This document shows, piece after piece, positions 38,936 through 52,899 of a stretch of 64,000 bases of DNA. Position 1 is the first letter of the stretch; every line of letters starts with the position of its first letter. The notes beneath the pieces were generated by a model. That model had not been told where the DNA came from and made no database searches. It was given only the letters and a program-made list of their open reading frames with translations. The DNA comes from Octopus bimaculoides (Eukaryota). The stretch covers positions 67,317,372 through 67,381,371 of the forward strand of contig NC_068992.1 in the NCBI RefSeq assembly GCF_001194135.2, in the 5' to 3' direction. The position numbers and the translations under genes were made by a program.

Positions 38936-39034
38936 TATATATATGTCTTTGTGTCAGTCTAGTCTGTTGTACTTATATGAAATGATAACAATAACAATGA
39001 ATATAACAATAATAGTTCTTTCAGTTATGAAAGA

Positions 39035-39170
39035 AGAATAGGAACCTCTCGGGTAAGTGCACTAAAGGAGACTGCGTCGGTTGGTAAAGAGCGAACTGAA
39101 TGACTTTAAACGATTTAAAACTTTTAACACCAAGTCAATTCCAGTTATGGCGTATAGTTTCCAGATCAGA
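39035..39170 (+). mobile_element. Short R4/Dong-like post-RT fragment
   Basis: LRRLVKSELNDFKRFKTFNTKSIPVMAYSFQI parallels RVKMVLKSNLNAKYLITAMNIWAV at 5710. Confidence 0.5.
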
Positions 39171-39184
39171 TCGAAACTTATACG

Positions 39185-39373
39185 CGTTGGAAAGGCTGTG
39201 CTAAGAAGCTTCCTTCCCAATCACATGGTTTCTGGTTCAGTCCTACTGTGTTACACCTTGGACAAGTGTGTTCTACTACATTCTTGGGTCAGCGAAAGCC
39301 CTGTGAGACAATTTGCTAGACGGAAACTGAAAGAATCACGTCATCTATTTATCTATCTGTCTATCTATCTATA

Positions 39374-39404
<31 letters not shown>

Positions 39405-39637
39405 GTTTTATGTATGTGTCTATCTATCTATTTATCTATCTATTTACATGTGTCTGTGAGTGTCTGTGTTTGTTCCGCATCACTGCTTATCAACCGGATT
39501 TGGTATGTTTATGTCTCCGTAACCTGGTTCCCCGCAAAAGTGAATGACAGAAGATGTACCAGGTTAAAAAAAATTCATGGTGGTGCTCCAGCATGGCCGC
39601 AGTCTAATGGATGAAACAAGTAAACGATAACAGATAA
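39185..39637 (+). mobile_element. GGCGCAGG-family SINE, full length, with internal (CTAT)n
   Basis: Collinear with the reverse complement of 17897-18270. Confidence 0.85.
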
Positions 39638-40073
39638 AACATTAAAATATCATGAAACTAGACAGTGAGTTCGCAAAGAGCATAAGACGCTGTCCCAGCG
39701 GAGAGTGTCCAGTCATTCTCTCCACCCACAAATTTAATTATTGTTACAATAAATTTTCAAAATTCATCAATTCCGTTTTTCGTTCCATTTCTCTGTTCCT
39801 CATGTGACACCCACTCCTTCTAGTCTTCATTGTCTAAACCCATATTGTTTCGACACTTGAACTCTTCCCAACATTAGATTCACAATTAAGTAACTATTAA
39901 TAACTAGTTAGTTGGGGAAAAAAACACAAAAAAAAACACCAAACCCTTTCAGTCACTATTATAACACCATCTGCATTCCAAAGAGCAACGTTCCATACAC
40001 ATACTCAAAGCACACATACACACACACACACACACACATACAACAGATAGGCAGATATAGTATCAGTCAGTTT

Positions 40074-40290
40074 ATGGCAGTGAGTTGATAGAGTCGTTAA
40101 TACGCCGGGCAAAATGCTTAGCGGCATTTCGTCCGTCTTTACGTTCAGGGTTCAAATTCCGCTGGGATTGACTTTGTCTTCCATCCTTTCGGGATCTATA
40201 AAATAATTACCAGTTGAGCTCTGGGGTTGATTTAATCGACTTAACCCCTCCCTGAAATTTCTGTCTTGTGCCAAAATTTGAAACCAACAT
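40074..40290 (+). mobile_element. tRNA-type SINE (GGCGGCGAG family)
   Basis: ggcagtgagttgatagagtcgttaatacgccgggcaaaatgcttagc..ggttcaaattcc (B-box like)..gtgccaaaatttgaaacc. Confidence 0.85.
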
Positions 40291-41774
40291 TCGCCGAGTT
40301 TACATAAGAAGTCAGCATCGTTTTACTGATAAAATTCCAACTTACTAACACACTGATTTTAAAGTAGGTGCTTTACAATGTCAGTGAATGGAGGGTGATG
40401 TCTGCCTGCCACTTATAGGTTTTCACATACCGGAGCGGTAGTTAGAACTTAAAGTACTTCACATTAATGTCATTAAGCTGGGGAAGAAATTGCAGAAGTT
40501 TGCAAAAATACATTGAAGAAATTATCTAGCGTAGTTTGAGTAAATGATTAAAAGAATGAAGTGTTAGATATATCAAAGTTGAGGAACATATATCGCGTAT
40601 CTACGTGTGGAGGAGGTGACACGTAGTTATCTAGTCAATTGAAGATGAAATGTTTAAGGAGAGGGCAATTGGAAAAAAGATAAAGAAATAAACGTGATTG
40701 ATGAATATTGGCCCAAGGGTCTTTGCTCAAGAGCTAGATTTTCTCTTTTGTTCCAAATACAGTGTGCGTTGCAGCAGCGTCCATATATCAAACAGAGGTG
40801 AAGAACTGGATCTCACAGAAATCCTAATACCTTTTATGGTGGATTGGTAATATTATGTATGGCTGGTTGTCGAGAAGGATGAAAGGATGTTTGGGAAAGT
40901 TACAAGTCTGCTGTCATGTCAAGCGTTTTAGTGAGGTGCCATTTGTAATATTGTTTTCTTCAAATAGTCCGTTGTTGTTGTAATTGCTAATTACTTGTAA
41001 AAACGATGTGTCAACAGGTGAACATTGAGTGATGTACATTGAATGGTGGTCACAAAATATCTGACTAAGAAACAAAAAGTGTAATCTAGAACAGTGAATA
41101 GTAATTTAATTTATTTGTTAGTGAGTGTTGCTAGAACTCTTTAATACAATATTAAGTTAGATTGGTTGTAAGCTGTTGGCACTTCTTCAATTGATATGAG
41201 TTACTTAAGAAAGATATGAAATAAATGAAGTGTCAGGCCCGCGGTCACAGCACACAGGCTGCTACACGGCGAGCATTGGTATTCTCTCGCTTTATCGATC
41301 AGGTAATTTACAACTCAAGAACTCGGGTATGCTGTCAAATTGAGAATATATTCAAGTTATCATCCTTTAATATGCCAATAATAATTTTTGGAAGCAATTT
41401 GTGCTTGTAAATGGGATTTTGCCAAGAATGAAGATGGCAGTAACTAAATTTGTGGATAGTGTTAGTGTGAGAAATACAATTGATTTACATTATAGAAAAC
41501 ATACACAACAATAGTTTGTATAGAGAAAAAAACCCGTGTATAGATATTTATGTCAAACATCTCTCTGGCGGTTTCGTCTGCTATTAGAAAAACATGTAAT
41601 ATACTTTAGGATAATATGTTGTATAGAATATATGTAAAACATTATCCAAATCATATACAAGTTTCTATTGTAATCATGAGCATCTTGACTTTTTCCCCTC
41701 ACATACTACAAAACAAATACAAAACATGCTCGCGTCATTTATATATATATATATATATATATATATGCGTGTGG

Positions 41775-41806
<32 letters not shown>

Positions 41807-42699
41807 ATATATGTTTACATAATATATATATATACATACATGTATGCATACACACACACACGCACATATAAATATATATCTGCGCCCTTGTGTGTGTGTA
41901 TACTGATTGCATTGTGCTGCATTAAGAAATAACCTTATCAAACACTGATGATGTATGTTGAATTTTTATGTGATATTCCCATAAAACTGGGATATGTACA
42001 TGCAGTTAGTATCAGGGTTGAGCTAATGTTTGTCTGAGACTCCTGTATGTCAGATTGATTTTCAAGTAAAATACACATGTTGTATGTATTATATATGCTG
42101 TTGCTTGGCGTGTTGGCATTTGTGTACTTCACTCTCCTTCGCATAAAAATATATTCATATCTTTATATATTTTGCTAAATCACGCTTAAATCTCTCTTAG
42201 GAAATAAAAAAGAAAATTATTTTGACACACGTTTGTTACCGATATAAATGTGCAAAATAACACACTGCTACATATATGGGAATTATTTTTTCTCCTCATA
42301 TCACAAGGAAATCATATTATGCATTATACGTAGAATGTCTTGCGTTTCAGTCAATGTAGTCGGATATGCAATGTTGTGATACTCGTTCAAGTATGTTCAG
42401 CGTTGATTTCAATCCAGCGAAGGTAAAATAATATGTTATGTGTTCCATAATGTCCCAAACCAATTATGTTATGATATGCTCTCTCCCTATCTTTTTTCCT
42501 CACTTTCTATGTCTCTCTCCCCTTGAATCTCTTTCGCTCCCACTGAAACTCTTTCTCTCGTTCCAGCTGATACAACTTGGATGTTTCACAGATGGAGCTG
42601 GTAAAGACCACTGGCACTCAGTGTCTACCCAAAACCATTAGCAAAATCATAAAATTCCAAGATAAAATCCTATGTATTACGAATTCATCTCTAAATATA

Positions 42700-43950
42700 T
42701 TTTAAGATTAAGAAATCACATCAAGAATTCTTCTTGGCTTGCAGCTTATACGTTGCCAACGAAATATAACTTTTGCATTTGTCTCCAAAGAGTTGAGTGC
42801 TCAAAACATGACCTATTGGTCCCGTCAACGGAAGTTAACTCAAGACATGAATCAATGAGCTTGTTAACGGTGATGAGCTCCAAGAACGTTATCTCTAAGG
42901 TCCTCTAATTCGTTATTGCTTCCATTAGGAACATTCTAATCATTCTCTGCTGTTATTGGAAGTTTCGATCATTATCGGAATGAAGATGTGGAAGAGAATA
43001 TCTATGTTGGAACAATGGATTGTAGTATAGATGTTCATATAAGCAGAATAAAAGCAGGAAATGAACTCGGCTAGGCAACCGTTTGTCCTCCGATTAATCG
43101 GCTGTTTCCCGTGGTTGTAAAAAGAAGATTAGCTAATTCGCTTTGCCTTAAGTTACCAAATAGAGCTTTGTGTAAATACTTTTGCCACATACCCATTGTC
43201 AACCAATCAAAAATTACCCGTGTATTGAATAGCCACCCTTTTATCGCAAAAGGCATTCACTATGAATTCCAATATTTATCGCTGCCTAAACTTTCTCAAC
43301 TCGTCACTTGTTTCATCTTAATATGTTTCAAATAATTGTTGTTGTTGAGTGAAATCAAACAAAGTAAATTTCATGAACTGGCAGTCAATATTCGAAACAC
43401 TCTATAACAGAAACAGACTTGAAAGACTTTCAAACACTTATTTCTCACCATTTTTTTCTTTAATGTAAGCATTTTTCATAGCTTAGAACTAATAGTAGAA
43501 TAGTTAAGGAGCATTTGAAGGCAACTAATTGTCATCCATATATCTGACCCGTTCAGCGACATTACAAGTGAAATTCTGTTGTTCAGTGACGTCTTTAAGA
43601 GTTTCATAGACACCTCTAGCCACAGCATACTGACACGCGAAACCCCTTTCCTTTCCTCACCTCCTAAAACAATAATTTGAAAAGGAAGCGTTCGGATACA
43701 TTATACATAACTGAAATTATCAATAGAATGGCTTCAGGGAAGTCGAGCAAAATTGTTTTTCCCTGAGGCAATCTCTTCAAAAACATATTGATATGGTATC
43801 AACAAACTCGGAATGCCTCGAACTCGTTTCGTAATGATCCCCAATATTAGGTGTGTGCTGTTAGCAGCTCCACATTTACCTCAGTCACACACAAGCCATT
43901 GTCTTCCCAAATGAAATACTATACTCCTACTGGCATGTGATTTGTCATAC
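42700..43950 (-). mobile_element. Highly decayed Penelope-like RT/GIY-YIG fragment
   Basis: In collinear order across frames: RVRYMDD, CYRVFRI, LVDNGY and CKSYISLATYKL. Many stops. Confidence 0.4.
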
Positions 43951-45054
43951 TCTGGATTCTCTCACAGATAATACGTTGTGGAAGTATGTGTTTTGTGAGT
44001 ATCGGGAGATTTCAGCACTCTCGCTATTAATGTTGTCAATTTGAACATACGTGGTTAAGTAGCCATAACATACATATATGCATGCTTGTATACGTTCATA
44101 TAAAGTTATATATAAGTATATGTATATATGTACACACACACACACACACTCACACACACACACTCACACACACACACACACATACACACACACATACATA
44201 CATATAAAGAAGTTTCAAGATGTTATTGACTGATTTCCCCACAGAATTTACTATAACTGTTCAACTTGAAACAGTGGCGTTTGTTAGAATTAACAATGCT
44301 TCTGCTGTCAACTGTACGGTTGTCGAATCACACATTTTAGCCGTTTTCCATATATTTCATATCGTCAATATTTATTTCACTATGTTCCATGGATTCTATA
44401 GGGAAGTCGTTATTGCATTTACTATTCTTCATGCTATAGGATTCAGATTGCCAGAGGGATCATGAATCATGGATTCCTTAAAGGTTTCTTGAACAGTTGT
44501 CACAGTATATCGACCAAATATTTCCGTGCGTAATACCTTGTTTTGTTTGCGTCATTAAACTTATTTTCTCCATTTTGTATTAGAAAGATATCGGCATCAT
44601 ATAATCCTCTTTCTTAGAATTTGATACAATATTAATATGCCTTAATAGTTTCCCAAATATTATTTTGCACGATAGCTTTAAAAAGATTCTGTAATTTCTA
44701 CCTTACGTGTACCTGTCATAATATCTGCCTTCTAAACCAGATTATCTCTAATATAATACCAGAAATAATTCGATAGTAAAGAAATAGATCCTTAGGACTT
44801 TCTCACTGTGGTGGCGTTCAGTAATGCAGCATGGAAATGATAGTGATCAAATAATTGTATGCCATTTAGAATTCGTTGCATGGCACGGAACAGTAGCTAT
44901 TTAATCGGTGATGGACAATGTTCAAGTCGGAGACGTCCTTGTTTATTACTTGCGTAATTTGAGTCACCTTAAAGATGAAATTCTTCAATCTATTGGTCAA
45001 ATGAGTTGGAATTACAACAGTGGTGACTACCTACTTCTCAATAAAGACAGAATA

Positions 45055-45155
45055 ATGGTTTCAAATTTTGCCACAAGGGCAGCCATTTTGTGGGTGGTGA
45101 CGAATCGATAACATCAACCCATTGTTCAACTGGTACGTATTTTATCGACTCAGAA
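45055..45155 (-). mobile_element. SINE 3' half
   Basis: tggtttcaaattttgccacaagggcagc..actggtacgtattttatcgac matches the reverse complement of 40190-40290. Confidence 0.75.
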
Positions 45156-45999
45156 TTACTGGTGAGCGTTTCGTCTGCCTTAATAGGGATAAAATAATAA
45201 CAGAAAAATAAATGGGAATTTTAACCTAGATGATGGCAGAGTATATTCATATGGTTTACGGAAGTTGTATAATTTGGGGGGTAAACAACGAGTTCATATT
45301 CAAAATGGTGATTGGCGTCAGTATTTCTAAATAATCATTGCCTTTTTAATGACAGCGTAGAATTTATAACGCCGTCATTCATTATTTTGGTCTTATTTGA
45401 CTACCATATTGAATACTTATATTCTTTGTCTTGCTTGTTGAACTGTTTGACATCCAACATCGCTTGACATTTTATACCCGAATGTACAGACGCTGTTTGC
45501 TCTGCTGATCAGAGATGCATTATCCTTCATTCTTTTGATTCTGTAATCTAATATCAACGATCAGATTTGTAGGAACTACATTAAATCGGACAGATTGTCG
45601 AGATTCTCCGACAGTAGAATACATATTGCAGATGCAGTAAGAGATTTCTCCATGGATACATACGAAATACGGCTCACCACTCAATATGAGCACCTACTGA
45701 AGCAAAAGACACTTCTATGTTCTAAGATCTAACCTTGTCTTTGAAGTGTTTGTAACGAGGATTACTTATTCGCGAAATTACAAATATGCGCTGGTATGTC
45801 ACTTCGGTTAGGCAATATTGTTCTGGCTTTGGTTGGCCTAATGTTGCATTTTCCAATTCAGTAACTCAGATTTAACAGACGAAATAAACATATATTTAGC
45901 TCTACACAATTAGAAGACATTATTCAAAGGTCTGTAAGAACGAAGCAAAAGATTTCTTACAAACAAAATACTGTGGATAATTATTTTGAACTTTTGCCA

Positions 46000-46500
46000 T
46001 TCTTAGTTTTTCGATTAATGATTCTATTTCATTTTCATGTGTCGATGTTTCTTCAGCAATATTTGATTCCATTCGAGCATTTTAATACGCTTGCATTTCA
46101 TTTTAGTCTTACACTCTTGAGATATTTTCCTTCATACCTTTTCAATCGATGATATTGTTTCTCCTTCTTGTTCTTTATCTTCTCTTTTTCTTTTAAGTAT
46201 TTTTACCGCTTGTTTTTAGAGATTGTGCTGCAGCTGCTTCATTAGTTTCAGGTTGTTACTTCACAATAGCGTTTCTTCTTTTCTAATCTACGCCAAGTAT
46301 TGAATTCTTGTGGTAGATTTTTGCTTTGTTTATTCAAGTAAAAGTGGACCACTTCGAGTAGAAAACTCCTTCCAGTGTGAAGCAATTACCATTTATATAT
46401 TTCTTCATTTTCCCTGCGATTCACTTTTCTTATAATTTGAGGAGATATTCTTTAGTGTTGAATTGGTTGCATTCTTCCATCCAAGGTTTCTATATTCAGG
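46000..46500 (-). mobile_element. Possible R4/Dong N-terminal fragment, very decayed
   Basis: Purine-rich. PWMEECN..NKAKIYHKNSIL loosely matches the R4 N-terminal WTxEEN..QARxIxKNxxL. Confidence 0.3.
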
Positions 46501-46670
46501 AAATTTGTGCATATTTCGAAATATAATGCTTTTTAACAAAACGAGTATTAAAGTTCGATAGGTGGGACACTCAGTCATTTACATCATAATAGGATTCTCA
46601 GATTTAATATGTGAATGTAACGGGAATTCTCAACATGGAAATTGAAGCATTGACATTTTACCATATATAT

Positions 46671-46752
<82 letters not shown>

Positions 46753-46889
46753 GTGGTGGGGGGGGGTATGTGTGTATGTGTGTGTGTGTTTAGATAAAAA
46801 GTCTGATGTAGGTGCAGAGTAAGTTGGCGAAAATAGCACTGGAATATCTTAGAGTACTTTTTCAGGGTATGTTATTAGAACTGAAAAGA

Positions 46890-47440
46890 CTCCACAAATA
46901 CGATGTCCTCAAGCAAGCAGGAATACCAAGCATGTTTGCACTCCTCACACAAAGACGTATGAGATGGCTTGTACATGTTAGTCGTATGGAAGATGGCAGA
47001 ATCCCCAAGGACATACTTCGGAGAACTTGCTAGAAAACTAGGTCTGTTGGAAGACCATTTTTATGGTACAAGGATGTCTGCAAAAGAGACATGAAAACCA
47101 GCGACATTAATATTAGCAACTGGGAAGCGGTTGCCAGCAACCGTGGAGAATGGCAACGCACCACACAAGCGGGTACACAAAGGAGTGACAAAGGGAGAGA
47201 GGAGAAATGGAAAGACAAGAAAGACGACAACAAGAAACTATGACATTACAACCAGCCAAGCAAAGTCTTCGCTACATCTGCGTTGCCTGCCAGCGGGGGG
47301 GGGGGGGTGTCCAGGATAGGGCTACACAGCCACAGCAGGAGATGTATTAGGGCATGAAAAATAAAAAAAAACAAAAAACAGACTGGATTATTTCATGCGC
47401 AACTCCATAGTCTCCCGAGACAAGAAGGATGCTAACAATA
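46890..47440 (+). mobile_element. RTE (BovB-like) LINE 3' end
   Basis: DVLKQAGIPSMFALLTQRRMRWLVHVSRMEDGRIPKDIL..GRPFLWYKDVCKRDMK..WEAVASNRGEW..YICVAC..SRIGLHSHSRRC, with a 3' tail ending gatgctaacaata. Confidence 0.92.
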
Positions 47441-50281
47441 ATATATATATAGATAGATAGATAGATAGATAGATCAGCTATTTTATTTGAAACGTATGTA
47501 GCATGGATATAAACTGAACTCATTCAGTGTTTGAACCTCGGATTTGCAAATTGAACTGGTGGCAGAAACTTATGTGGGTTACTGTGCCATTCGCTGGACA
47601 ATTTAGGCAACCGAGCTTTGTTCCAACGGAGTCCTCACTATGTGTTCCCCTGCGTCCTTTAATCCCTTTTCCTTCATTACCTCTCTCACTATATGGTTTG
47701 TGTGCGTTTATGTATGTGTGTGTAGAATGGCACATGTTTGCATGTATATACATAATTGTATAGCATCAACACTATAAATGTAACATAATCAAATAATGAA
47801 ATAAAAAAAAGCGCACTAAATAATTTAACTATATATTTTCTTAGCCACAGGATTATAGCAATTACCGAGAACGTCATTGTTTTTATTTATCTCACCAATT
47901 ACCAAGAATATTGTTGAATTCACTTCATTTATTGTTATCTGTTTCAATATGTAAAACTTGTATTGAAATCTATTGAAAATATAAAATATGTGTATTTCCG
48001 GAGTTCATTTCTTTTTGATTTGGTATTATAGTTTCAGGCGTGCAATGATTAAATTCATTGTTCCCCAGTTTCAAAAGTACTTGCTATAGACCAATAAAAT
48101 TATTGCTGCAGTTGCTTGAAGAAAATATCGTGGTCCTTGAACTCTAGTTTCTTCCATTTATCGTAATCATAATTATGGCTAAGAAAGGTCTTTTGTTCTG
48201 TTGCAGTATGTTGCAGTAATTTTAATTGCTTCTTTCTTCTCTACGTTTCAGCATCTTTCAACATTGTGTATGTTTGTATAAACAAGTATTAGCTTTCCTT
48301 TACACACATGTTGCATTCTCTGTGGCGTATTATAATTCCTCATGTGCTTATACTTGTTAGTTGCATAGACCCTTTAGCAACATTATATCAGACGGTTTTC
48401 TGACATTCAAAACGTACAACTGCGTAAAATTGACATATTATATTTCAAGGAATTATCGTTGATATTAAAGTTCTATAAATTTTCATAAAACTATTTCTAC
48501 TATTTCAAATTATATTCAACAGGTTACTCTCTTTGTGAAATAAAACATAACGTTTTAGACTTAATTTTTCCAGTCACACGTCGACTGCATTCCGGTTAAT
48601 ATCAAAAGCTATTTCACATTACTTAATCCATTTTCTCGCCTTCTTTCAAAATTTGTGCTCACTTTTTATCATTATAATTGAAAACCGAAATGTCATTCAA
48701 AACTTCGTATATTTAGTAAATATTGATAGAAATTCTACATAGCAGGAAATTGAGATACATTTCTGGTGTTTGAAGACATTAATGAAAAAGAAAGAGAAAA
48801 AAAAATTAATTACAGCCAACTGAACTTTCGAAAGGGACTTTCGTGTCAAAATTCGTCAAATTGATATCGAACGAATATAAGATGGAATGGTGGCGAAGAA
48901 ATATAAAGTATGATAGAAAAATATTTAATCAGTTGAANNNNNNNNNNNNNNNNNNNNNNNNNNNNNNNNNNNNNNNNNNNNNNNNNNNNNNNNNNNNNNN
49001 NNNNNNNNNNNNNNNNNNNNNNNNNNNNNNNNNNNNNNNNNNNNNNNNNNNNNNNNNNNNNNNNNNNNNNNNNNNNNNNNNNNNNNNNNNNNNNNNNNNN
49101 NNNNNNNNNNNNNNNNNNNNNNNNNNNNNNNNNNNNNTATATATTGTTAGGAAATTATAAATTATTAAACAGGAAAACAGTTTTCATGCTGCACTGTAAG
49201 GGTGAAGTCCATTGTTAAAATGGGGGACGCTATAGTTACTAGCCAAAACTCTGAAACTATGACAAATTGGGTAGACCCTGGCAAACTTTATAAACAGAGA
49301 TAATTTTAACCTTCCCCCTCCCCCACAATTTTTTGTGACTGTTTATTCTGTAAAGTTTTTCAATTGAATTCTGGAAGCTATGATTAACTGCCTGCTTAGA
49401 TTATGCACTTAGTGTTAGGCATTTATGGATTTATGTTATGCTCCAAGAATTTCTGTCACATCTGGGTGAATACCAAAAAATCTCGTAAGTTATGCTATAT
49501 TATTTATGTGAATTTTGGACCCTGCATTTGTGAAGGTTGTGTAGTAATTTTGCTAGCTATTTTCTTTTAAGATAAATGTTAAATTTTGCATAAATAGCTA
49601 AAGGGTGTATGAATTTAATTTTTCATTTAGCCAATTGTTTTGTACTAGACAACTAACTGTAAATTTCGTCAAATGGTTACTCACCTGCTTGTATGAAGCA
49701 GTTGTGTGTGAATTTCAATGAAACTAGCATTTTGTCTGACTATTTAATTTAACTATAATTATTGATGTAGTCTGGCAGCCGTTTTGTGTCATGAACTTTT
49801 AGTTTAAATGGTTGCTTTGACATTAGATTTAATTATGTTTAGGTTCAAGGTTCGAAACCCAAGGTTGAATGCCGACTTGATAGAAGACAGATTTTATAAA
49901 GTCAAGGTTCGAAATCCACTATCGAAATTCGATTTTCGAAAACCGAATTTGTACTAAAGTGGAAATCCGGATTTTATGAAATCCAAATTTGTGTGAGTCT
50001 AATTTTGGTGAAACCAAAAACCAGGATATGGACTTCGAATTTCTGAACTGTATATATGTTACCCTTGTAACTTTTGACTGACTGGATGTCTGGTGTAGCA
50101 TTTGCTGTTCATTCGTGTATATATTTGTTTGTATGTAAGCTCTTTTTATGCTGACCATCAATATTTTACAAAACATTCATGGTGTAGTGTCGTTTTAGAA
50201 TTCACCCTATCCACGTTGATTCTGTAAATTCGCGTTATGGCCACCAGGCAGTAACAATATATCTATATATATATATATATA

Positions 50282-50533
50282 GGTAATCTTCAAGTTTAGG
50301 GGGATAAAAAAATAAATAAAAATATTCAAGGGAAGTAACTGAACGTCTTACCAGTATTCTCCGTACATCTCTCTTTATAAATAAATCACACACACGTGAT
50401 TTGATTGACGTTAGGGTTAGGGTGTGATTTATTTATAAACAGCTAGAAGAAAACGGATATTACTGGTAAGTCGTTCAGTTATTTCTCTTGAATATTTTTA
50501 TTTATTTTTTTATCCCCCTAAACGTGAAGATTA

Positions 50534-50535
<2 letters not shown>
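50282..50535. mobile_element. 254-bp hairpin MITE with ~110-bp TIRs, inserted in (TA)n
   Basis: ggtaatcttcaagtttagggggataaaa..aatcacac (50282-50391) pairs with gtgtgattt..tccccctaaacgtgaagattacc (50422-50535). The spacer ends in ttagggttaggg. Confidence 0.92.
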
Positions 50536-50575
<40 letters not shown>

Positions 50576-50576
50576 A

Positions 50577-50632
50577 TAGTTTTTAGTAGGTTTGTGTTAA
50601 GATAGTTTTTAGTAGGTTTGTGTTAAGATAGT
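50577..50632 (+). repeat. 26-bp tandem duplication
   Basis: tagtttttagtaggtttgtgttaaga twice, plus a partial third unit. Confidence 0.9.
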
Positions 50633-50982
50633 TTGTACTAGAGTTTCATGTATATGCTATAATATTTTAGATTCATAATTTCTGTTTTAGTTGAAAATAA
50701 TTTCTGTGTAACGCATTGGACAATTTTTTTCTGTACTCTCGTCGTCAGTAGTCTAGAATATATTTCTTATATTGCCGACCACTTACGTTAAGAAACAGTC
50801 TTGCATTTCCTGACGTTACTTTGAAAGAAGTACTGATGTGTCTTGAAGCGTTCATGTGACGTTGTCTTCGTGTGATTACACTTTACAACTCATACATTTT
50901 GCTACATATGCCACCATATCTATAAGACACTCTTGGTTAGATTTCGAGACATTTTATCAAGGTTTCTATATTTCTATACGTG

Positions 50983-51215
50983 TCAAATTTAAGGTATACC
51001 AGGCTATACTACTGTCTTGCCTTCTCTAAGGCATTCAGAATTGGACAGTCTATAGTGATCAGGCAGACAAGTTGCTTGCATATACGATGAGACTGCTGAT
51101 AAGAATTATGAATATCCTTCCCTTTAAAGAGATTAGGAACGAAGAGATCGTACGGCGTGCTGGTCTGCCTCTTATGATGGAACTCCTCATTAATAGAAAT
51201 TTACGTTGAATGGTG
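50983..51215 (+). mobile_element. RTE LINE post-RT fragment
   Basis: KVYQAILLSCLL..WTVYSDQADKL..LLIRIMNI..IRNEEIVRRAGLP..LLINRNLR. Confidence 0.75.
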
Positions 51216-52899
51216 ACTTACAAATCATTATTTCTTTACTGAAATATTCCACCCCATGTATCTGTAAACCGCACTTCCTATAGGTTGATGTTTATCAGAA
51301 TAGACTTTAGTGTAAAATAATGCGAACTGGGAAGTTACAAAGATGAAAAAAGGAAAGAGACTACATACTGAATTACTGAAATCGTTTTATTCATTTTACT
51401 GATCCTGCCATACCATTAACATTACAGCAATCTGTGCTGGACATGATTTAATCAAATGATTTAATCAAGCTTTTGGTTGAGACACATTTTAGCATACTTG
51501 CAAGGATTAATGGCAAAGTGACTCTCCACGGAATGCAGGATATTTAGTTTATCACATTTCTCTTTCTGCTCGTTTCAACACTTCACTGAGAATTACCATT
51601 AATACCTAATTCCTGAAACAACAACGATGACAGTTAATAGCAATAATCACCGAATTTAAATCCCGTGATTTTTGCAATGGCTGTACACACATTGAGTAGC
51701 ATGTGTAGATTATATTTCGGGTTACATAAAAGAGACTAATTTTTATCTGATGCTCTAAACACTCTTTTCTGTGAATTTAATATCGCACAATAACATGTTT
51801 TAGCTGAATGCTTTTATTCTTTCAAAGAACTATAATAGAAATTGGGACTTATTTCATAGGTAGAATTGGTTCATTTATCTGAAAGAATGTTCCAGTCAGT
51901 GAATGGTTTCCTAAGTCTATGAAACAGTTTTAGAATACAAGACAAAACTAAGCTATTAACGTATTTGAAAAGCATTCATAGTATTTGTGTACTTTCACTT
52001 ACTACAGCAGGCATATCAAGTTTAGAGTTTGGGAGATCTGTGAATGAATCATTTATGTACTCGACAAAGGATAAACTTTTAGACATCTAAAATTATTGTA
52101 TTATTGCTATGCAAAATATGGAATTAAACAAATATTATGGGAGCATAACTAATATGGACTGGTATAATAAAATGATATACTGATGCATCAATATTATAAT
52201 TGATAATCTGAGATACATTTAACAAGGTAACAGGGGAAAATAAAATATAATTACCTGAATTCATAATGAAACACTTTCATTCGAATTGAAATCACGAGTG
52301 AGCAACTTTACAATACCTCTGTATTTTAAACATAGAAATATGTACAATAATACATTTTAATGTCTTGAATAATTTAAATTACGATGCGATATTATTTTCG
52401 TATATCTAGAATGGCTCTGAATTTTAACTTATAAGTCGTTACCTAAAATAACACGATAATCCTCCTCAGACGTTTGAGGAATCATATTGTATAGACATTG
52501 TACTTTGGCCTGAAGTTAATCATCTTGCCATTTTATAAAAAGCAAACATAAAATAATATATATATATATATTCGGAATTTTGTACTATTTTATTTTTGTT
52601 AGATTTTGAATCTCTCTGCATGCCATAACAGGGATATAAGAATAGAAGAATAAATCCCTTAGGTGACGTTTTATCATGAAATATTAAATTTTTATGATCC
52701 CAATAATTAATTTCAGTATAATAATGTTTCACTGGTTTCCATAACAACGTGATTGACTGGAATTCCAATGTGTAGCAAATGTTTTCATATATTAAAAAGG
52801 TGTCCTGAGTATTATGCAGCAACCATATATCTACCAATTTATTGTTCACGCACCTTTTCTCCATTTCTCTGTCTGTCAGTCTCTCCCTCTTTCTCTCTT

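Noticed and set aside
38731-38985. Mucin-like poly-Thr/poly-Ala ORF
   Set aside because: Pure (CTA)n/(CTG)n repeat with no signal peptide or supported splice context.
44220-44560. PHD-like CR1/L2 N-terminal remnant on the minus strand
   Set aside because: Only scattered Cys and FP residues; not enough evidence.
45530-45700. Possible Ig-domain end (YCICNMYSTVGESRQSVRFNV) on the minus strand
   Set aside because: The motif match is partial, an in-frame stop lies just upstream and there is no suitable donor.
50410-50422. Interstitial telomere
   Set aside because: Only two TTAGGG units, and they are internal to a MITE.
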